A DNA stretch of 64,000 bases from Candidatus Bathyarchaeota archaeon (GCA_043826455.1 JBDRQD010000030.1:38881-102880), one strand, 5' to 3'. Counted from the first letter of the stretch, positions 48,437 through 59,478 are shown. The notes: generated by a model from the sequence alone, not told the origin. Program-made: numbers and translations.

Positions 48437-49396
48437 ATGGAACCACCTACACTCAAGGACGTTCTATTCGCGAGGAAGACCATCGCGCCATACCTGGCCA
48501 AGACGCCGCTACACACATACTCGTTATTGAACGATTGCCTTGGCTTCGAGGCCTACGTGAAGCACGAGAACCATCAGCCCACGGGCGCCTTCAAGATTAG
48601 AGGAGGCATCAACCTCATCAGCCAGCTATCGCCGGATGAGCGGAGACGGGGCGTGATAACGGCGAGCACCGGGAACCACGGCCAGAGCATAGCCCTCGCG
48701 GGCAGGATGTTCGGGGTCGAGGCTAAGGTCTGCGTGATGGATGGGGCGAACCCCGATAAGGTTGCCGCCATCAAGAGCTATGGCGCGGAGATAATACAGC
48801 AAGGAGCAGACTACGACGAGTCGAGGCTCAACGCCGAGCGCCTCGCCAAGGAGTACGGCTACAGGTACGTGCACAGCGGAAACGAGCCCCTGCTTATCGC
48901 CGGCGTGGGTACCATGGCTTTGGAGATGATAGAGGATGAGCCGGACCTGGACGTGATGTTCTCGCCGGTGGGCGCAGGCACCAACGCGGCGGGCGTAGCC
49001 ATAGTCTACAAGGCCCTGAGCCCGGAAACTCGCATAATAGCCGTCCAGTCCGAGAACGCGCCCAGCGTCTACCTGAGCTGGAAGAGCGGCAAACTCGAAT
49101 CCACCAGCTCAGCTAAGACCATAGCTGACGGGCTGGCTACAAGGCAGGCCTTCGAGCTGCCAACTAGGATTCTCCGCGAACTCGTGGACGACTTCGTGCT
49201 GGTGTCGGACGATGAGATCGCCCGCGCCATCAAGCTCTACGTGGAGAAGGTTCACACTGTAGCTGAGGGGGCGGGCGCCGCGACTCTGGCAGCCGCCGCT
49301 AAGATGAGGGACCGGCTTCAGGGTAAGAAGGTGGGCCTCATACTAAGCGGAGGCAATATCACTCTCGAGAACCTTTTGAGGTGCTTAGCCAAATAA
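48437..49396 (+). CDS. Threonine/serine dehydratase (PLP, fold type II)
   Basis: KHENHQPTGAFKIRG, STGNHG, TIADG and SGGN motifs. Confidence 0.9.
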   Translation: MEPPTLKDVLFARKTIAPYLAKTPLHTYSLLNDCLGFEAYVKHENHQPTGAFKIRGGINLISQLSPDERRRGVITASTGNHGQSIALAGRMFGVEAKVCVMDGANPDKVAAIKSYGAEIIQQGADYDESRLNAERLAKEYGYRYVHSGNEPLLIAGVGTMALEMIEDEPDLDVMFSPVGAGTNAAGVAIVYKALSPETRIIAVQSENAPSVYLSWKSGKLESTSSAKTIADGLATRQAFELPTRILRELVDDFVLVSDDEIARAIKLYVEKVHTVAEGAGAATLAAAAKMRDRLQGKKVGLILSGGNITLENLLRCLAK

Positions 49397-49501
49397 ATCA
49401 GTAGACTGGCTGCGGTGTGCAGCCGTCTCATTAAAATTCACCCGGGCTTGATTGAGAGACACAGTTTAAAGATAAATGCGTGTTCCGCGTATGTATCCTC
49501 C

Positions 49502-49759
49502 GTGCCAAGGGCCAGGAAGGGCGTCGTGCAGATACGCTTCGAGATACTTGAGTACCTCTACTATAACCCGGCCCCCCAGCCCAGGACCCACGTGTGGCGC
49601 AAGGCCACCACCCTGAGCTACGACGACTTCCTGAAGCATATGGAGTACCTGAGAGACCGAGGCCTCGTGGCGGAGGACGAGGAAGGAAACAGCGCAATCT
49701 CCCCGGAGGGCCGAGATGTCTTCAACAAGCTGAGGCAGGTGTTGCCCAGCATACTCTAG
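49502..49759 (+). CDS. Archaeal winged-helix protein
   Basis: EILE..KATTLSYDDFLKHMEYL..GLV..ISPEGR. Confidence 0.7.
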   Translation: MPRARKGVVQIRFEILEYLYYNPAPQPRTHVWRKATTLSYDDFLKHMEYLRDRGLVAEDEEGNSAISPEGRDVFNKLRQVLPSIL

Positions 49760-49807
49760 ATGCATCTTTGGTGCACAGACCTTAAAAGAACCCGGTAAGA
49801 GGCTGAT

Positions 49808-50140
49808 GTGATGGCGGAGAAGGAGAGAGAAGAGGCCAGGCTACCCCTGAGGAGCATCCACGATTTCCTTTTCGAGATAGACTCCGAGTGGAGCAGCTTC
49901 AGGACGGGCAGCCTCCTCAGCCTCATCACCACCATCCTCCTATTTCTCATCTTCCTGCCCAGGTACTTCCTGGTAACCCTACGACAGGGCGGCCCCCTAG
50001 ACAAGCTCGTCGCCGTCACCATAGCTGGCCTCCTAGTCTACAGCGCCTATACCTCCTGGAGGCAGCACAAGTTCTACCAGAGATGGGAAAAGCGTCTCGG
50101 CCTACTGCTGCACTTGGAGCAGGAGCTGCTGGGCGAGTAG
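49808..50140 (+). CDS. Hypothetical two-TM membrane protein
   Basis: Two hydrophobic segments. Confidence 0.6.
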   Translation: MMAEKEREEARLPLRSIHDFLFEIDSEWSSFRTGSLLSLITTILLFLIFLPRYFLVTLRQGGPLDKLVAVTIAGLLVYSAYTSWRQHKFYQRWEKRLGLLLHLEQELLGE

Positions 50141-50224
50141 ACCAAACCTGTTCACCAGAGATGAATACGAGGGGTGAGAAACCCCTATTATATATCTCGG
50201 CGAGGTACGCCCGGTGAAGACAAG

Positions 50225-50701
50225 ATGGAAAAGAAACATCTGGCGGCCATGTGCGCCCTGCTGGTAGCCTTCAGCGCGTTCATGGTCTTACCCCCCGTTT
50301 ATGCGGAAGGAGAAACAGACGACATGGAGTCGGTAACGAGACAAAACGGCGCCTGGAGACCGATAAACAGGCTAAGACTCCTCATCTACATCCTCAGGAA
50401 CGGAGAACCAGCGACAGTGACAGGCGACACAGTAGCCCTCGAGGGCCACATCCTGGTTATGAGCGTCACAGGCGACCTAGAGAACATCATCCTACCGGGT
50501 AAATGGGTGCTCGGCGGACAGATCATAGCCTTGCAGGAGCTCTACGATGAGTACATGTCAGGCGGCGAGATCACGGTCCACACACTAAAACTTGAGCTTG
50601 CTCAGGAGAGCAAGACTGTCACGGTCTACTTCGGCTACAAGATAGCGGCCGGCGGAGCCGTCGCCGAGGCAGTGCTCCCGTTCAACGTACAGGTACCTTA
50701 A
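50225..50701 (+). CDS. Hypothetical secreted protein
   Basis: MEKKHLAAMCALLVAF... signal peptide; T-rich tract after the stop. Confidence 0.6.
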   Translation: MEKKHLAAMCALLVAFSAFMVLPPVYAEGETDDMESVTRQNGAWRPINRLRLLIYILRNGEPATVTGDTVALEGHILVMSVTGDLENIILPGKWVLGGQIIALQELYDEYMSGGEITVHTLKLELAQESKTVTVYFGYKIAAGGAVAEAVLPFNVQVP

Positions 50702-50887
50702 AGCACGTACAATCTACTCTCCTCTTTTTTCTTATGCGCTAAAAAGTTACCTTATGTATATGCAATGTTGAGATACGCCGTGTGACCCATAAAATAACGT
50801 CACATTTGTGTTTTCGACTGCAGAAAATATGAAACTTCAAACCATAATCAAATTATATAATTTTCATTCTATCCACAGACACAGATC

Positions 50888-53029
50888 ATGTACAAGCTTA
50901 GAGCAATGACGGTTTTCTTAGTCGTTATTCTAGCATACACCATTGTTCCGCCACACTCGGTGGCCGCCGCCGCGCCCGAGGCTACACTCGTGGGAGGGCG
51001 GATAAGGCGAGACACCGTCTGGAGCCAGGAAAACAACCCCTACGTCTTGGAAGACGACCTCATCATCCCAGCCGGGGTCCGCCTAACCATAGAGGAAGGA
51101 GTCAAAGTCAACTTGACGCTGTGGTCGATCATCGTCGAGGGGGAGCTAAGAGCCGAAGGCGCCCCCGACAACAAGATATCGTTCCATATAACCATGCCGC
51201 CGCTTAAGGATAACAAGAAAGCGAGGATCTACTTCACCCCCGAGAGCCGCGCATACAGGGAAAACAACCAGGGGTGCATGATCGAGCACGCCCGCATAAT
51301 CTGCGCGGACTACTCCATCAGTTACGGCGTGATCCATGCGAACCGGCTAAAACTCGACGACGTAGAAATAATCGGAGGATTATCCCACTGGAAAGAGTAC
51401 GCCGTCAAGACCAACGGCACCATCACCAACTGCCTTTTCGATGGCCTGTACAGGGGTATCATGATGAAGGAAGGAACCATCGCCTACAACAGGTTCCTGA
51501 ACACGAGGTACGCCTCGGCAATCAACATAGGAAACGGGGAAGTTAAGAACAACCTCATCGATGGGGGGCGAGGCGGAATAAAAGTAAAGAACGCACTGGT
51601 CAAGGGGAACACCATAATTAACCAAGCAGGCTCAGGCATACACGTTAACAATTACGGCGCCCCATACGTCACTGGTAAACTATCTCCGATACTAACCCAA
51701 AACACCATCATGAAATGTGAGAAGGCAGTAATATTGTCAGGTGAAATAAAGCCGATAATAGTGAACAACGTATTCACTGACAACATGTACGGAGTCTGCT
51801 TTGAGGTCGACGCCTTCTACAATGACGTCAAACCCAAGATAGAGTACAATGTATTCTATGGCAACGAGTACGATGTCTACAGCTACAAGGAAGACCCGAG
51901 AATAGAGGTAAACTTGGATAACAACTGGTGGGGAACCACCGACCCCGCAGTGATTGATGAAAAAATATTTGACGTCAACGACAACCCGAGGCTCTGCTCA
52001 GTGATATACGCTCCCATCCTGAACGAGCCACCCAGATCATTACCCAAAGTATCATACCAGTTGACGGTAAACGAGCCCACCTCAATTGTTGAAATATTGA
52101 GCAGCGTAGATATAACTGGGAAGATCATCCCCCCCTTGACTGTGCTGAGCATACATGTCACATGTAATGGGCCTGATGGCGCAAGAGTAGAGAAGAAGGC
52201 GATTACAGACTCCGACGGAGAGTTCTCACTCCAGTTCACCCCGACCTCGGTAGGCGTCTGGGGCTTCACTGTGGCTCCGGAGGAAAACGGGTTGGTCGAG
52301 GCAAACCTCGTGGAAGTACAGGTATACGTGACCAAGATAAAAAGTGAGATCGACCTCAGTTACTCCCCTAAAATCTGCTTTGAGGGCGCTGGGGTCACTG
52401 TCAACGGTTTACTAATACCAGGCATGTATAACGAGAAAGTAGAGGCCAGCTTCCTATGCCCTGATGGGTCAGAGAATAGAGAAACCGCCCTCACGGATAG
52501 TGGAGGCGCGTTCATGTACAAGCCTAATGACGCTCAGCCGGGTGTCTACACGGTCACGTTGACGTGGCCAGGAACCAGCGAGTACCAAGGCGTCACAGAA
52601 ACCCTCGTGTATAGAGTCCATTCTCCAAGCACGTTGAACATGGTAATAATGGATGAGTCAGGGTCACCAGTTCAAAACGCTGCAGTAGCATCTACGACCC
52701 AGCCCGAGGGCCAGATAAGCCTCTCAGGAGTAACAAATCCACAAGGCGCTTTAACCTTTGATAAGATACTGTCAGGCTCCTACACCTTCCAGGTGGAAAA
52801 GCAAAACTATGAGCCGAGCACAGTCTCATTAAATGTACCTGAAGGCGAATCAACGCACATCCAGTACGCCATAAAAAACAGAGCCGAGAACCCATCCACA
52901 GGCTCGCCTGCCTCAAGTGATGGCTCAGGCTCGGAGGGTGACCCCTGGTACATGGGGTTCGTACCCAGCGCCCTAACATTCGTTGTTCTCATAACTCTAT
53001 ACGTCGTCTTGCATAGACTGAGGCGCTGA
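50888..53029 (+). CDS. Surface protein: parallel beta-helix, Ig-like/carboxypeptidase-regulatory-like domains, C-terminal TM
   Basis: Signal peptide, NPYVL..LTIEEGV, I-x-x-N repeats, NNWWGT, TDSDGEF, TM tail. Confidence 0.8.
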   Translation: MYKLRAMTVFLVVILAYTIVPPHSVAAAAPEATLVGGRIRRDTVWSQENNPYVLEDDLIIPAGVRLTIEEGVKVNLTLWSIIVEGELRAEGAPDNKISFHITMPPLKDNKKARIYFTPESRAYRENNQGCMIEHARIICADYSISYGVIHANRLKLDDVEIIGGLSHWKEYAVKTNGTITNCLFDGLYRGIMMKEGTIAYNRFLNTRYASAINIGNGEVKNNLIDGGRGGIKVKNALVKGNTIINQAGSGIHVNNYGAPYVTGKLSPILTQNTIMKCEKAVILSGEIKPIIVNNVFTDNMYGVCFEVDAFYNDVKPKIEYNVFYGNEYDVYSYKEDPRIEVNLDNNWWGTTDPAVIDEKIFDVNDNPRLCSVIYAPILNEPPRSLPKVSYQLTVNEPTSIVEILSSVDITGKIIPPLTVLSIHVTCNGPDGARVEKKAITDSDGEFSLQFTPTSVGVWGFTVAPEENGLVEANLVEVQVYVTKIKSEIDLSYSPKICFEGAGVTVNGLLIPGMYNEKVEASFLCPDGSENRETALTDSGGAFMYKPNDAQPGVYTVTLTWPGTSEYQGVTETLVYRVHSPSTLNMVIMDESGSPVQNAAVASTTQPEGQISLSGVTNPQGALTFDKILSGSYTFQVEKQNYEPSTVSLNVPEGESTHIQYAIKNRAENPSTGSPASSDGSGSEGDPWYMGFVPSALTFVVLITLYVVLHRLRR

Positions 53030-53107
53030 ATAACTACTGGTAGAGTAAGACTACATCCTCCTATGTTTCCCGGAAACCATTTAATGTCCTTCAGCCACAC
53101 TTTAACC

Positions 53108-53368
53108 ATGTCCAAACCTTTAGTGAAAGTTGGTGAAATAAGCCACTACTACTCCAACATAGGTGTGGCCGTCGTCGAGCTGGCGGACACACTAAAAGTC
53201 GGAGACAGCATAACCGTGGCCGGCGCCACCACCGACTTCACCCAGGTGGTGAGATCCATGCAGATAGAGCATAAGCAGGTGGAGGAGGCCGGCGCCGGAG
53301 ACTCCATAGGGCTCAAGGTGCAGGATAGGGTCCGTAAAGGAGACGTCGTGTACAGGACAAAAATATAA
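53108..53368 (+). CDS. EF-Tu domain-2-like / U32 peptidase C-terminal-like small protein
   Basis: VGEISHYYSNIGVAVV..LKVGD..SMQIEH..VRKGDVVY. Confidence 0.75.
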   Translation: MSKPLVKVGEISHYYSNIGVAVVELADTLKVGDSITVAGATTDFTQVVRSMQIEHKQVEEAGAGDSIGLKVQDRVRKGDVVYRTKI

Positions 53369-53429
53369 CCCTTCTTTTTCACTGAGAAATAATGTGATAA
53401 GCGTGGTAACCCACATTATCTTGAGGACC

Positions 53430-53876
53430 ATGGTTAAGGCATTAGTACTTTACCACTCTCAGCAGCACGGTAACACTGATAAGATGGCCAAGGCAGTGGC
53501 CGAGGGACTGGAAGCGGAGGGATGCAAGGTGACCCTCCACAACGCCAACACGAAAAGGTACCCCATCGAGGAGTATGCCGACTTCGACGCAGTGGCCTTC
53601 GGGACACCGGACTACTTCAGCTACATCGCTGGCACCCTGAAGACCTTCATGGACGACTGGTACATCAACAGGAACAAGCCAGGTTACGCAGGCAAACCCT
53701 ACGCCGTCTTCTACAGCCACGGAGGGGGTGGCAGGGTCAAAGACTCCCTGTCTCTCTTCAGCAGGGTGGGATCACAGGTCGGCAAGGCGGTGGAGTCGAG
53801 CGGAGCACCCAGCAAGTCGGTGCTGGACCAGTGCAGGGCGCTGGGGGCTGAGTTGGCGAAAACCGCTAACAAATAA
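53430..53876 (+). CDS. Flavodoxin/WrbA-like protein
   Basis: YHSQQHGNTDKMA, GTPDYF. Confidence 0.85.
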   Translation: MVKALVLYHSQQHGNTDKMAKAVAEGLEAEGCKVTLHNANTKRYPIEEYADFDAVAFGTPDYFSYIAGTLKTFMDDWYINRNKPGYAGKPYAVFYSHGGGGRVKDSLSLFSRVGSQVGKAVESSGAPSKSVLDQCRALGAELAKTANK

Positions 53877-53959
53877 ACCCTCTTTTTTCTGAGATATGAT
53901 TTGTTATTCTATATCACTACACTCGAACCCTAATATCGAGTACTCCTGAAACAAGTGCA

Positions 53960-54871
53960 GTGATGAAGCCCCTCATCGTCGCATGTATCCCCGCGTATAA
54001 TGAGAGCAAGTCTATAGCGGACACAGTGAGCAAGGTATCAAAATACGTCGAGCATGTGATAGTGTGTGACGACGGCTCCAAGGACGGCACAGGAAAGATA
54101 GCCGAACAACATGGGGCTATAGTTATCTGGAACCCCACAAACCTAGGCAAGGGCGCAGCCCTCAGAAACTGCTTCAAGACAGCCAAGAAGATATCAGCTG
54201 ACGTCGTGGTCACACTGGACGCCGACGGCCAGCACAACCCGGACGATATCCCCAAACTGATGAGACCCATAATGAGGGGCGAGACAGACTTAGTGATAGG
54301 CTCACGGTACCTTGAGGGCTCAAGCATGGACCCCCCGCTGTACAGGCGCGTGGGGTTGACGGTCATCAACTCCCTCGGCCAGTCCGCCATGGTATCTGTA
54401 AAGGACACTCAGAGTGGGTTCAGGGCCTTCAACAAGAAGGCGCTGGAGCTCTTCGCGGACTCCGATGAGCCAGGTTTCGGCGTAGAGTCAGAGCAACTGG
54501 CAATAGCCCGCCGGTTTGAGCTGAGAGTACAGGAGGTGCCCACCACCATCAGGTATGCGGGACTTGAGAACACCTCCAAGAAGGACCCTGTGGCCCACGG
54601 CCTGGAGCTCGTCACCGTGGCCATCAAGCTACTCATCCACGATAGGCCTCTCATGATGATCGGTTTCCCAGGGGCTCTGTTCATCGCTTCGTCTATAGTG
54701 GCAGGCTATCTTTTAGTCAAGGAGTTCAACCTGTACGGCTACTTCAGTGTCCCCATGGCTCTGATCACCTTCACTTTTCTAACCCTGGGCACTCTTCTGA
54801 TACTCAGCAGCCTAATATTCTACGCGATATTCCTGCTGAAACTGGAGTTAAAGAAACTAAAAATCGAGTAA
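53960..54871 (+). CDS. Glycosyltransferase family 2 (polyprenol-phosphate glycosyltransferase-like)
   Basis: IPAYNE, DDGSKD, DADGQH, DTQSGFR motifs; two C-terminal TMs. Confidence 0.92.
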   Translation: MMKPLIVACIPAYNESKSIADTVSKVSKYVEHVIVCDDGSKDGTGKIAEQHGAIVIWNPTNLGKGAALRNCFKTAKKISADVVVTLDADGQHNPDDIPKLMRPIMRGETDLVIGSRYLEGSSMDPPLYRRVGLTVINSLGQSAMVSVKDTQSGFRAFNKKALELFADSDEPGFGVESEQLAIARRFELRVQEVPTTIRYAGLENTSKKDPVAHGLELVTVAIKLLIHDRPLMMIGFPGALFIASSIVAGYLLVKEFNLYGYFSVPMALITFTFLTLGTLLILSSLIFYAIFLLKLELKKLKIE

Positions 54872-55003
54872 ACCCGTTTCAGCTACATTCTATAAAAATA
54901 GATTATTTTTAGGGTGATATTCAGGCATATGGACACCTGTATTCTCTGTTCTTTAATTGTATTCCATATTTACACACAAGCTCTTTTCTCTTAATCATCT
55001 CGA

Positions 55004-56266
55004 TTGAAAGTCATGCCTTACCTTGACAGTGACGCAGTCTTCGATGGTCTTCAAAGGTGTATCCGGTGTCTTCTACCTGACAGTTTCCCCTACATACGGT
55101 TCGATGATTCAGGAGTGTGTAACTACTGTCACAGCGACACTCGGTCCGTGGAGAAGGGTGAGACGGCTTTCACCAGTTTGCTGGAATATTACCGAGGTAA
55201 GGGAAGAGAATACGACTGCATTGCACCCATCAGTGGAGGAAGAGACAGCGCCTACGTTTTACACCAGATGGTTACCAAGTATGACATGAGGACGCTGGCC
55301 CTCACTGTTGACAGCGGCTTCATCACCGACGAGGCTCTGAACAACATTGAAACCATCACCAGCAGCCTCGGCGTCGATCACGTTTGGATCAGAGAAGAAA
55401 ATCAGATACGGATAGCCAGGAAAAACACCGCGATAAAATTCCAAGGCTGGCTTAGGAACCCATCCATTCACAACGTTGTGCCCGTCCTTAACAGTGGAGA
55501 CAAGGTCATGAACCTCAGAATGTTCAGGTACGCTTCACAAAACGAAATACTGCTTCTACTAGGAGGCAACGTGGTTGGCACCAGCACCTACGAGCACGGT
55601 AACTCGCGGACAGGATACCTGGGAGTGTTCCCCGACAACCACGGAGTCTACTCCTTCACCGACAAGATACGGCTAATACTATACTACGGCTGGGACTTTT
55701 TATCCAACTCCTATAACTGGTACCCGAGTATCTTCACGGAGTACCTCACTGGAGCCGCCGTCTACTTCTTCGACCAGCTTCTCAAGCCGAGAGACGTAGA
55801 GATGGTCGGATTCTACGACTACCTGCCGTGGAACGAGAAGCAGATAGTCAGCACCATCAAGAAAATCGGTTGGCGGGGCGCTGACGACACCACTACGACT
55901 TGGAGGATCGACGACTCAGCTTACTCGGTGATCAACTACCTGTACTTCTACCTGGCAGGGATCGATGAACACGTAGAGCTCTACAGCAAGATGATCCGGG
56001 CAGGACAGATAACACGAGACGAGGCGTATGCCCGGTGCAGAAGCGACTCGAATCCAAGGATTCCCAGCCTGGAGAAGGCCTGGAGGGGGCTTGGGGTCAC
56101 CGAGGAGCAGGTCGATAAAGCTCTTAATAAGTATAGGGAGAAGATGATTAGACAATACCTGAAAGGAACGAGCTTCGAGAGATGCGTGTCCTCATACTCG
56201 CCCAGTACTTCCCCCCCGACCTTGGAGGCTCCTCAACCAGAGCCTACAACGTTGCACGGGGGCTAG
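55004..56266 (+). CDS. N-acetyl-sugar amidotransferase-like PP-loop protein (WbpG-like)
   Basis: CIRC...GVCNYC, ISGGRDS, SKMIRAGQITRDEA. Confidence 0.78.
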   Translation: MKVMPYLDSDAVFDGLQRCIRCLLPDSFPYIRFDDSGVCNYCHSDTRSVEKGETAFTSLLEYYRGKGREYDCIAPISGGRDSAYVLHQMVTKYDMRTLALTVDSGFITDEALNNIETITSSLGVDHVWIREENQIRIARKNTAIKFQGWLRNPSIHNVVPVLNSGDKVMNLRMFRYASQNEILLLLGGNVVGTSTYEHGNSRTGYLGVFPDNHGVYSFTDKIRLILYYGWDFLSNSYNWYPSIFTEYLTGAAVYFFDQLLKPRDVEMVGFYDYLPWNEKQIVSTIKKIGWRGADDTTTTWRIDDSAYSVINYLYFYLAGIDEHVELYSKMIRAGQITRDEAYARCRSDSNPRIPSLEKAWRGLGVTEEQVDKALNKYREKMIRQYLKGTSFERCVSSYSPSTSPPTLEAPQPEPTTLHGG

Positions 56267-57468
56267 TGCTTAACGGCGTAAACACGACGGTGGTGACGTC
56301 ATACCCTCACTACCCGCACGGCGTCATATCTAGAGAATACGCTTGGAAACCTTATGCTGTTGAGCAGATGAACGGAGTCAAGGTAATCAGGACATTCATG
56401 ATACCCCTGGAGTCAAAGGGCCTAATGAGACGATTAGTCACGTTCATCGCCTTCATCATAAGCTCACTTCAGGGGCTCCTGCTCGTCAGAGACATCGATG
56501 CTGTGTTGGTGGCCAACCCAGACATCTTCGGAATAATACCTGGAATAGTCTATAAGCATGTTCACAGGTGCCCCATAATATTCAATGTCGATGACCTCTC
56601 CATCGAGGACGTCGAAAACCTGAAGATGATGGAGGCACAATCCCTGCCCTTTAGGCTGGTTAAACGCGTCTCAAGCCTACTGTACAGGATGGTGGACGCT
56701 GTTACGCCGATAAGCCCAGGGTATCTTGAAGGCATACAACGGTTGGGAGTACGGAAGGGAAGGATATATCCCGTCCTGGGCGGGGTTGACCTCGACGTTT
56801 TCAAACCTCAACAAGGAACCATGTCCAGTGTCTTCACCGTCGCCTACAGTGGCTCCTTCTCGGTTGCCTACGACTTCGACCAGGTATTGGATGCCGCTGA
56901 GCTCCTCAGCGGAAAAAATAGCGTTGTCTTCATGATTCAGGGTAAAGGAGAGCTGGGAGAGGAACTTCAAAGGAAGGTATCGGCGAGACGCATTAGTAAC
57001 GTCCAGTTAATCGATAAAATATTGACCCGCGACGAGGTCTCCGGCTTACTCGGCCAAGCTGACGCCCTGATCCTTCCCCTCAGAGACTTTGGCGCACCAT
57101 ACAGGGGCATCTCATCCAAGATCTACGAGTACCAAGCTCTCGCTAAGCCCATTATTTGCTGCGCCAAGGGCCAGCCTGCCGACTACATTGAGGAGACCAG
57201 ATCAGGGATAGTCGTTACGCCGGGGGATAGTCGGGAGCTGGCCGATGCCGTGCTATTATTAAGTGAGGACGCCAACTTGGCCCGTTCTCTGGGGGAGTCG
57301 GGCCGTAAATACGTGGAGCAGAACGTAGCTCTGGATCGCATAGGATCGAGGATGAAGAGCGTCATAACTCATACCCTCAATGAGAAGCGAGGATACATTG
57401 ATCCGGGTTCAGGCGCTGAAAATAATCTAAAGAGCCGCGTAGATGCCCTCGATGAGGTGACAAGTTGA
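56182..57468 (+). CDS. Glycosyltransferase family 4 (WbuB-like)
   Basis: QYFPPD, YPHYPHG and SKIYEY motifs. Confidence 0.88.
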   Translation: MRVLILAQYFPPDLGGSSTRAYNVARGLVLNGVNTTVVTSYPHYPHGVISREYAWKPYAVEQMNGVKVIRTFMIPLESKGLMRRLVTFIAFIISSLQGLLLVRDIDAVLVANPDIFGIIPGIVYKHVHRCPIIFNVDDLSIEDVENLKMMEAQSLPFRLVKRVSSLLYRMVDAVTPISPGYLEGIQRLGVRKGRIYPVLGGVDLDVFKPQQGTMSSVFTVAYSGSFSVAYDFDQVLDAAELLSGKNSVVFMIQGKGELGEELQRKVSARRISNVQLIDKILTRDEVSGLLGQADALILPLRDFGAPYRGISSKIYEYQALAKPIICCAKGQPADYIEETRSGIVVTPGDSRELADAVLLLSEDANLARSLGESGRKYVEQNVALDRIGSRMKSVITHTLNEKRGYIDPGSGAENNLKSRVDALDEVTS

Positions 57469-58583
57469 AGGTCCTCCAAGTCTACGACAACCTGAGCCCA
57501 AACACCTCAGAGGGCAGAAGAGTAATCACAGTGTCCAACGAGCTCACGCTTCGAGGCCACAGGGTCTCCATCCTCACAGCGGCTGAGCATGAAAACGATT
57601 TCACAGATGTACTCAGGGAAGGCGTCGAGGTAATCACCCACAAGCCCCTATTCAACGTGAGGAAGTTCGGGTTTTCCCCCTCGATCCACAGTATAATCTT
57701 AAAGGGGGACTATGACCTCATTCACGCTCACAGCTACCGGCACTACGGCACATTTGCCTCAGCGATACATAGTGCACGGTTCAAGACGCCCCTGGTTCTG
57801 AGTCCCTACGGAACCATATCCTACGCGTCATCCGAGAACTTCACAACAATGTACAGGCTGCAGGACATCCTCACCATGAAGCTGCCTCTCAGGCAGGCAT
57901 CCAGGATCCTTGCCAACACCATGTACGAGAAGAACCAGATCATAGAGTACGGGGGAGACTCCTCCCGGATAGATGTCGTTTACCGCGAGGTGGACACAGA
58001 GCTCTTCAGGAAGGTGAAGAGCACCATGCTTGAACCTGGGACCATCATATACGTCGGAAGGGTCACGCCTCTGAAGGGGCTAGAGCTTCTAATAGACTCG
58101 ATGACACACATCAGCCCTGATTATAGCCTGGCCATTGTTGGGCCCATCGAAGACGAAAAATACCATGAGGCTCTTCGACACCAGGCTCAGACGCTTGGAT
58201 TATCTAATAGAGTTGGCTTCATCGGGCCTGTCGAGTACAGTGAGATACCTCTCTACCTCTCGTCAGCCGAAGCTCTCGTATTACCATCCTTGTACGAGAA
58301 CCTGGGCGGCGTCCTCTTGGAGGCGCAGGCGTGCGAGTGCCCTGTCGTGGCCACGGACGTCGGGGGCGTATCAGGGTCCATGGTCGAGGACGTAACCGGT
58401 TACTTGATCAGGTGTAGAACACCAGAAAACTTGGCGGCCAAGATCAAGTTGCTCCTAGAGGATAAATCAAGAAAACAGTGGATGGGTGAACAGGGAAGAA
58501 AATTCATCCAGAATAATTTCTCCATAGAAAAGTACATCGACAAAATCGCGGAATCCTACAGTTTAGCTATTTTAGATCGCTAA
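57465..58583 (+). CDS. Glycosyltransferase family 4
   Basis: IHAH, YVGRVTPLKG, PSLYENLGGVLLEA. Confidence 0.88.
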   Translation: MKVLQVYDNLSPNTSEGRRVITVSNELTLRGHRVSILTAAEHENDFTDVLREGVEVITHKPLFNVRKFGFSPSIHSIILKGDYDLIHAHSYRHYGTFASAIHSARFKTPLVLSPYGTISYASSENFTTMYRLQDILTMKLPLRQASRILANTMYEKNQIIEYGGDSSRIDVVYREVDTELFRKVKSTMLEPGTIIYVGRVTPLKGLELLIDSMTHISPDYSLAIVGPIEDEKYHEALRHQAQTLGLSNRVGFIGPVEYSEIPLYLSSAEALVLPSLYENLGGVLLEAQACECPVVATDVGGVSGSMVEDVTGYLIRCRTPENLAAKIKLLLEDKSRKQWMGEQGRKFIQNNFSIEKYIDKIAESYSLAILDR

Positions 58584-58626
58584 TATTTTATTTTAATGCC
58601 ACTGTAGGCCCGTTAATTCTAGTCGC

Positions 58627-59262
58627 CTAAATCTTTCTGAATAGGCCCACAATCTCATTTGAGCCATACAGCAATCCGATGATTAACCTGTTGACGCCGG
58701 GGGAGAACCTTATGACGTTTGGCCAGATATTGATCGACTCGCCTGTCACATGCTCTGGTTTAAAGTCTGCTCGCCTCGCCAGATTCGTAAGAGTCTGATA
58801 GTTGAAGCTATACAGGTGGCTGCCTATGTCTGGTAACTTGGCGTATGCGTTGGGGACCGCGACCAACATATGTCTCCCAGTCACCTTGTGGAATTCTCTT
58901 AAAGCAACGATAGGAGAGTCAAGGTGCTCCAAGACGTGTAGGCAGGTTATCAAGTCGTGTGAGTCGTTCTCGTAGGTTCGGGTTAACGTCTCGGCGCCCT
59001 CTACTTTCACGTTCAGACCGTTTTCCTGTCCCCACTTTACTAGGTTTTCGTCTATGTCGCAGCCGGATACTGTGTATCCTTTGCCCTGTAAGGTTTGTAG
59101 AAACTCGCCTCTGCCAAAACCAATGTCAAGGACGGTTTGAGTGTCTTCAGGTATGTAACTGAGGTAGTGTTGGTACTGTTTTGTTCTAATTGTGTTGTAC
59201 TCTATGTGAATCGAATGAGTGTCGTTTTCCTCGTGTGTTGTGACTATTGTGTATCCTCTCAA
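58627..59262 (-). CDS. Class I SAM-dependent methyltransferase
   Basis: VLDIGFGRG, HVLEH and VPN motifs. Confidence 0.85.
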   Translation of the reverse strand: MRGYTIVTTHEENDTHSIHIEYNTIRTKQYQHYLSYIPEDTQTVLDIGFGRGEFLQTLQGKGYTVSGCDIDENLVKWGQENGLNVKVEGAETLTRTYENDSHDLITCLHVLEHLDSPIVALREFHKVTGRHMLVAVPNAYAKLPDIGSHLYSFNYQTLTNLARRADFKPEHVTGESINIWPNVIRFSPGVNRLIIGLLYGSNEIVGLFRKI

Positions 59263-59478
59263 ATATTGATGGCTGCTGATTTTAACTATATATTAATGCA
59301 TGTAGCCCATTCTACCCTATAATGTTACTTTTCTTTTTTAATGATCGATGCCGTGGTCAAGGCTGTACAGATTAAATGTCGCCAATCTCATGGTGAGTTT
59401 TAAAACTTGTCACGCTGATTATTTGTAGTAGCGGTCTATACAAATGCCATTATATTAACATACATTTACTAGAGTCTC

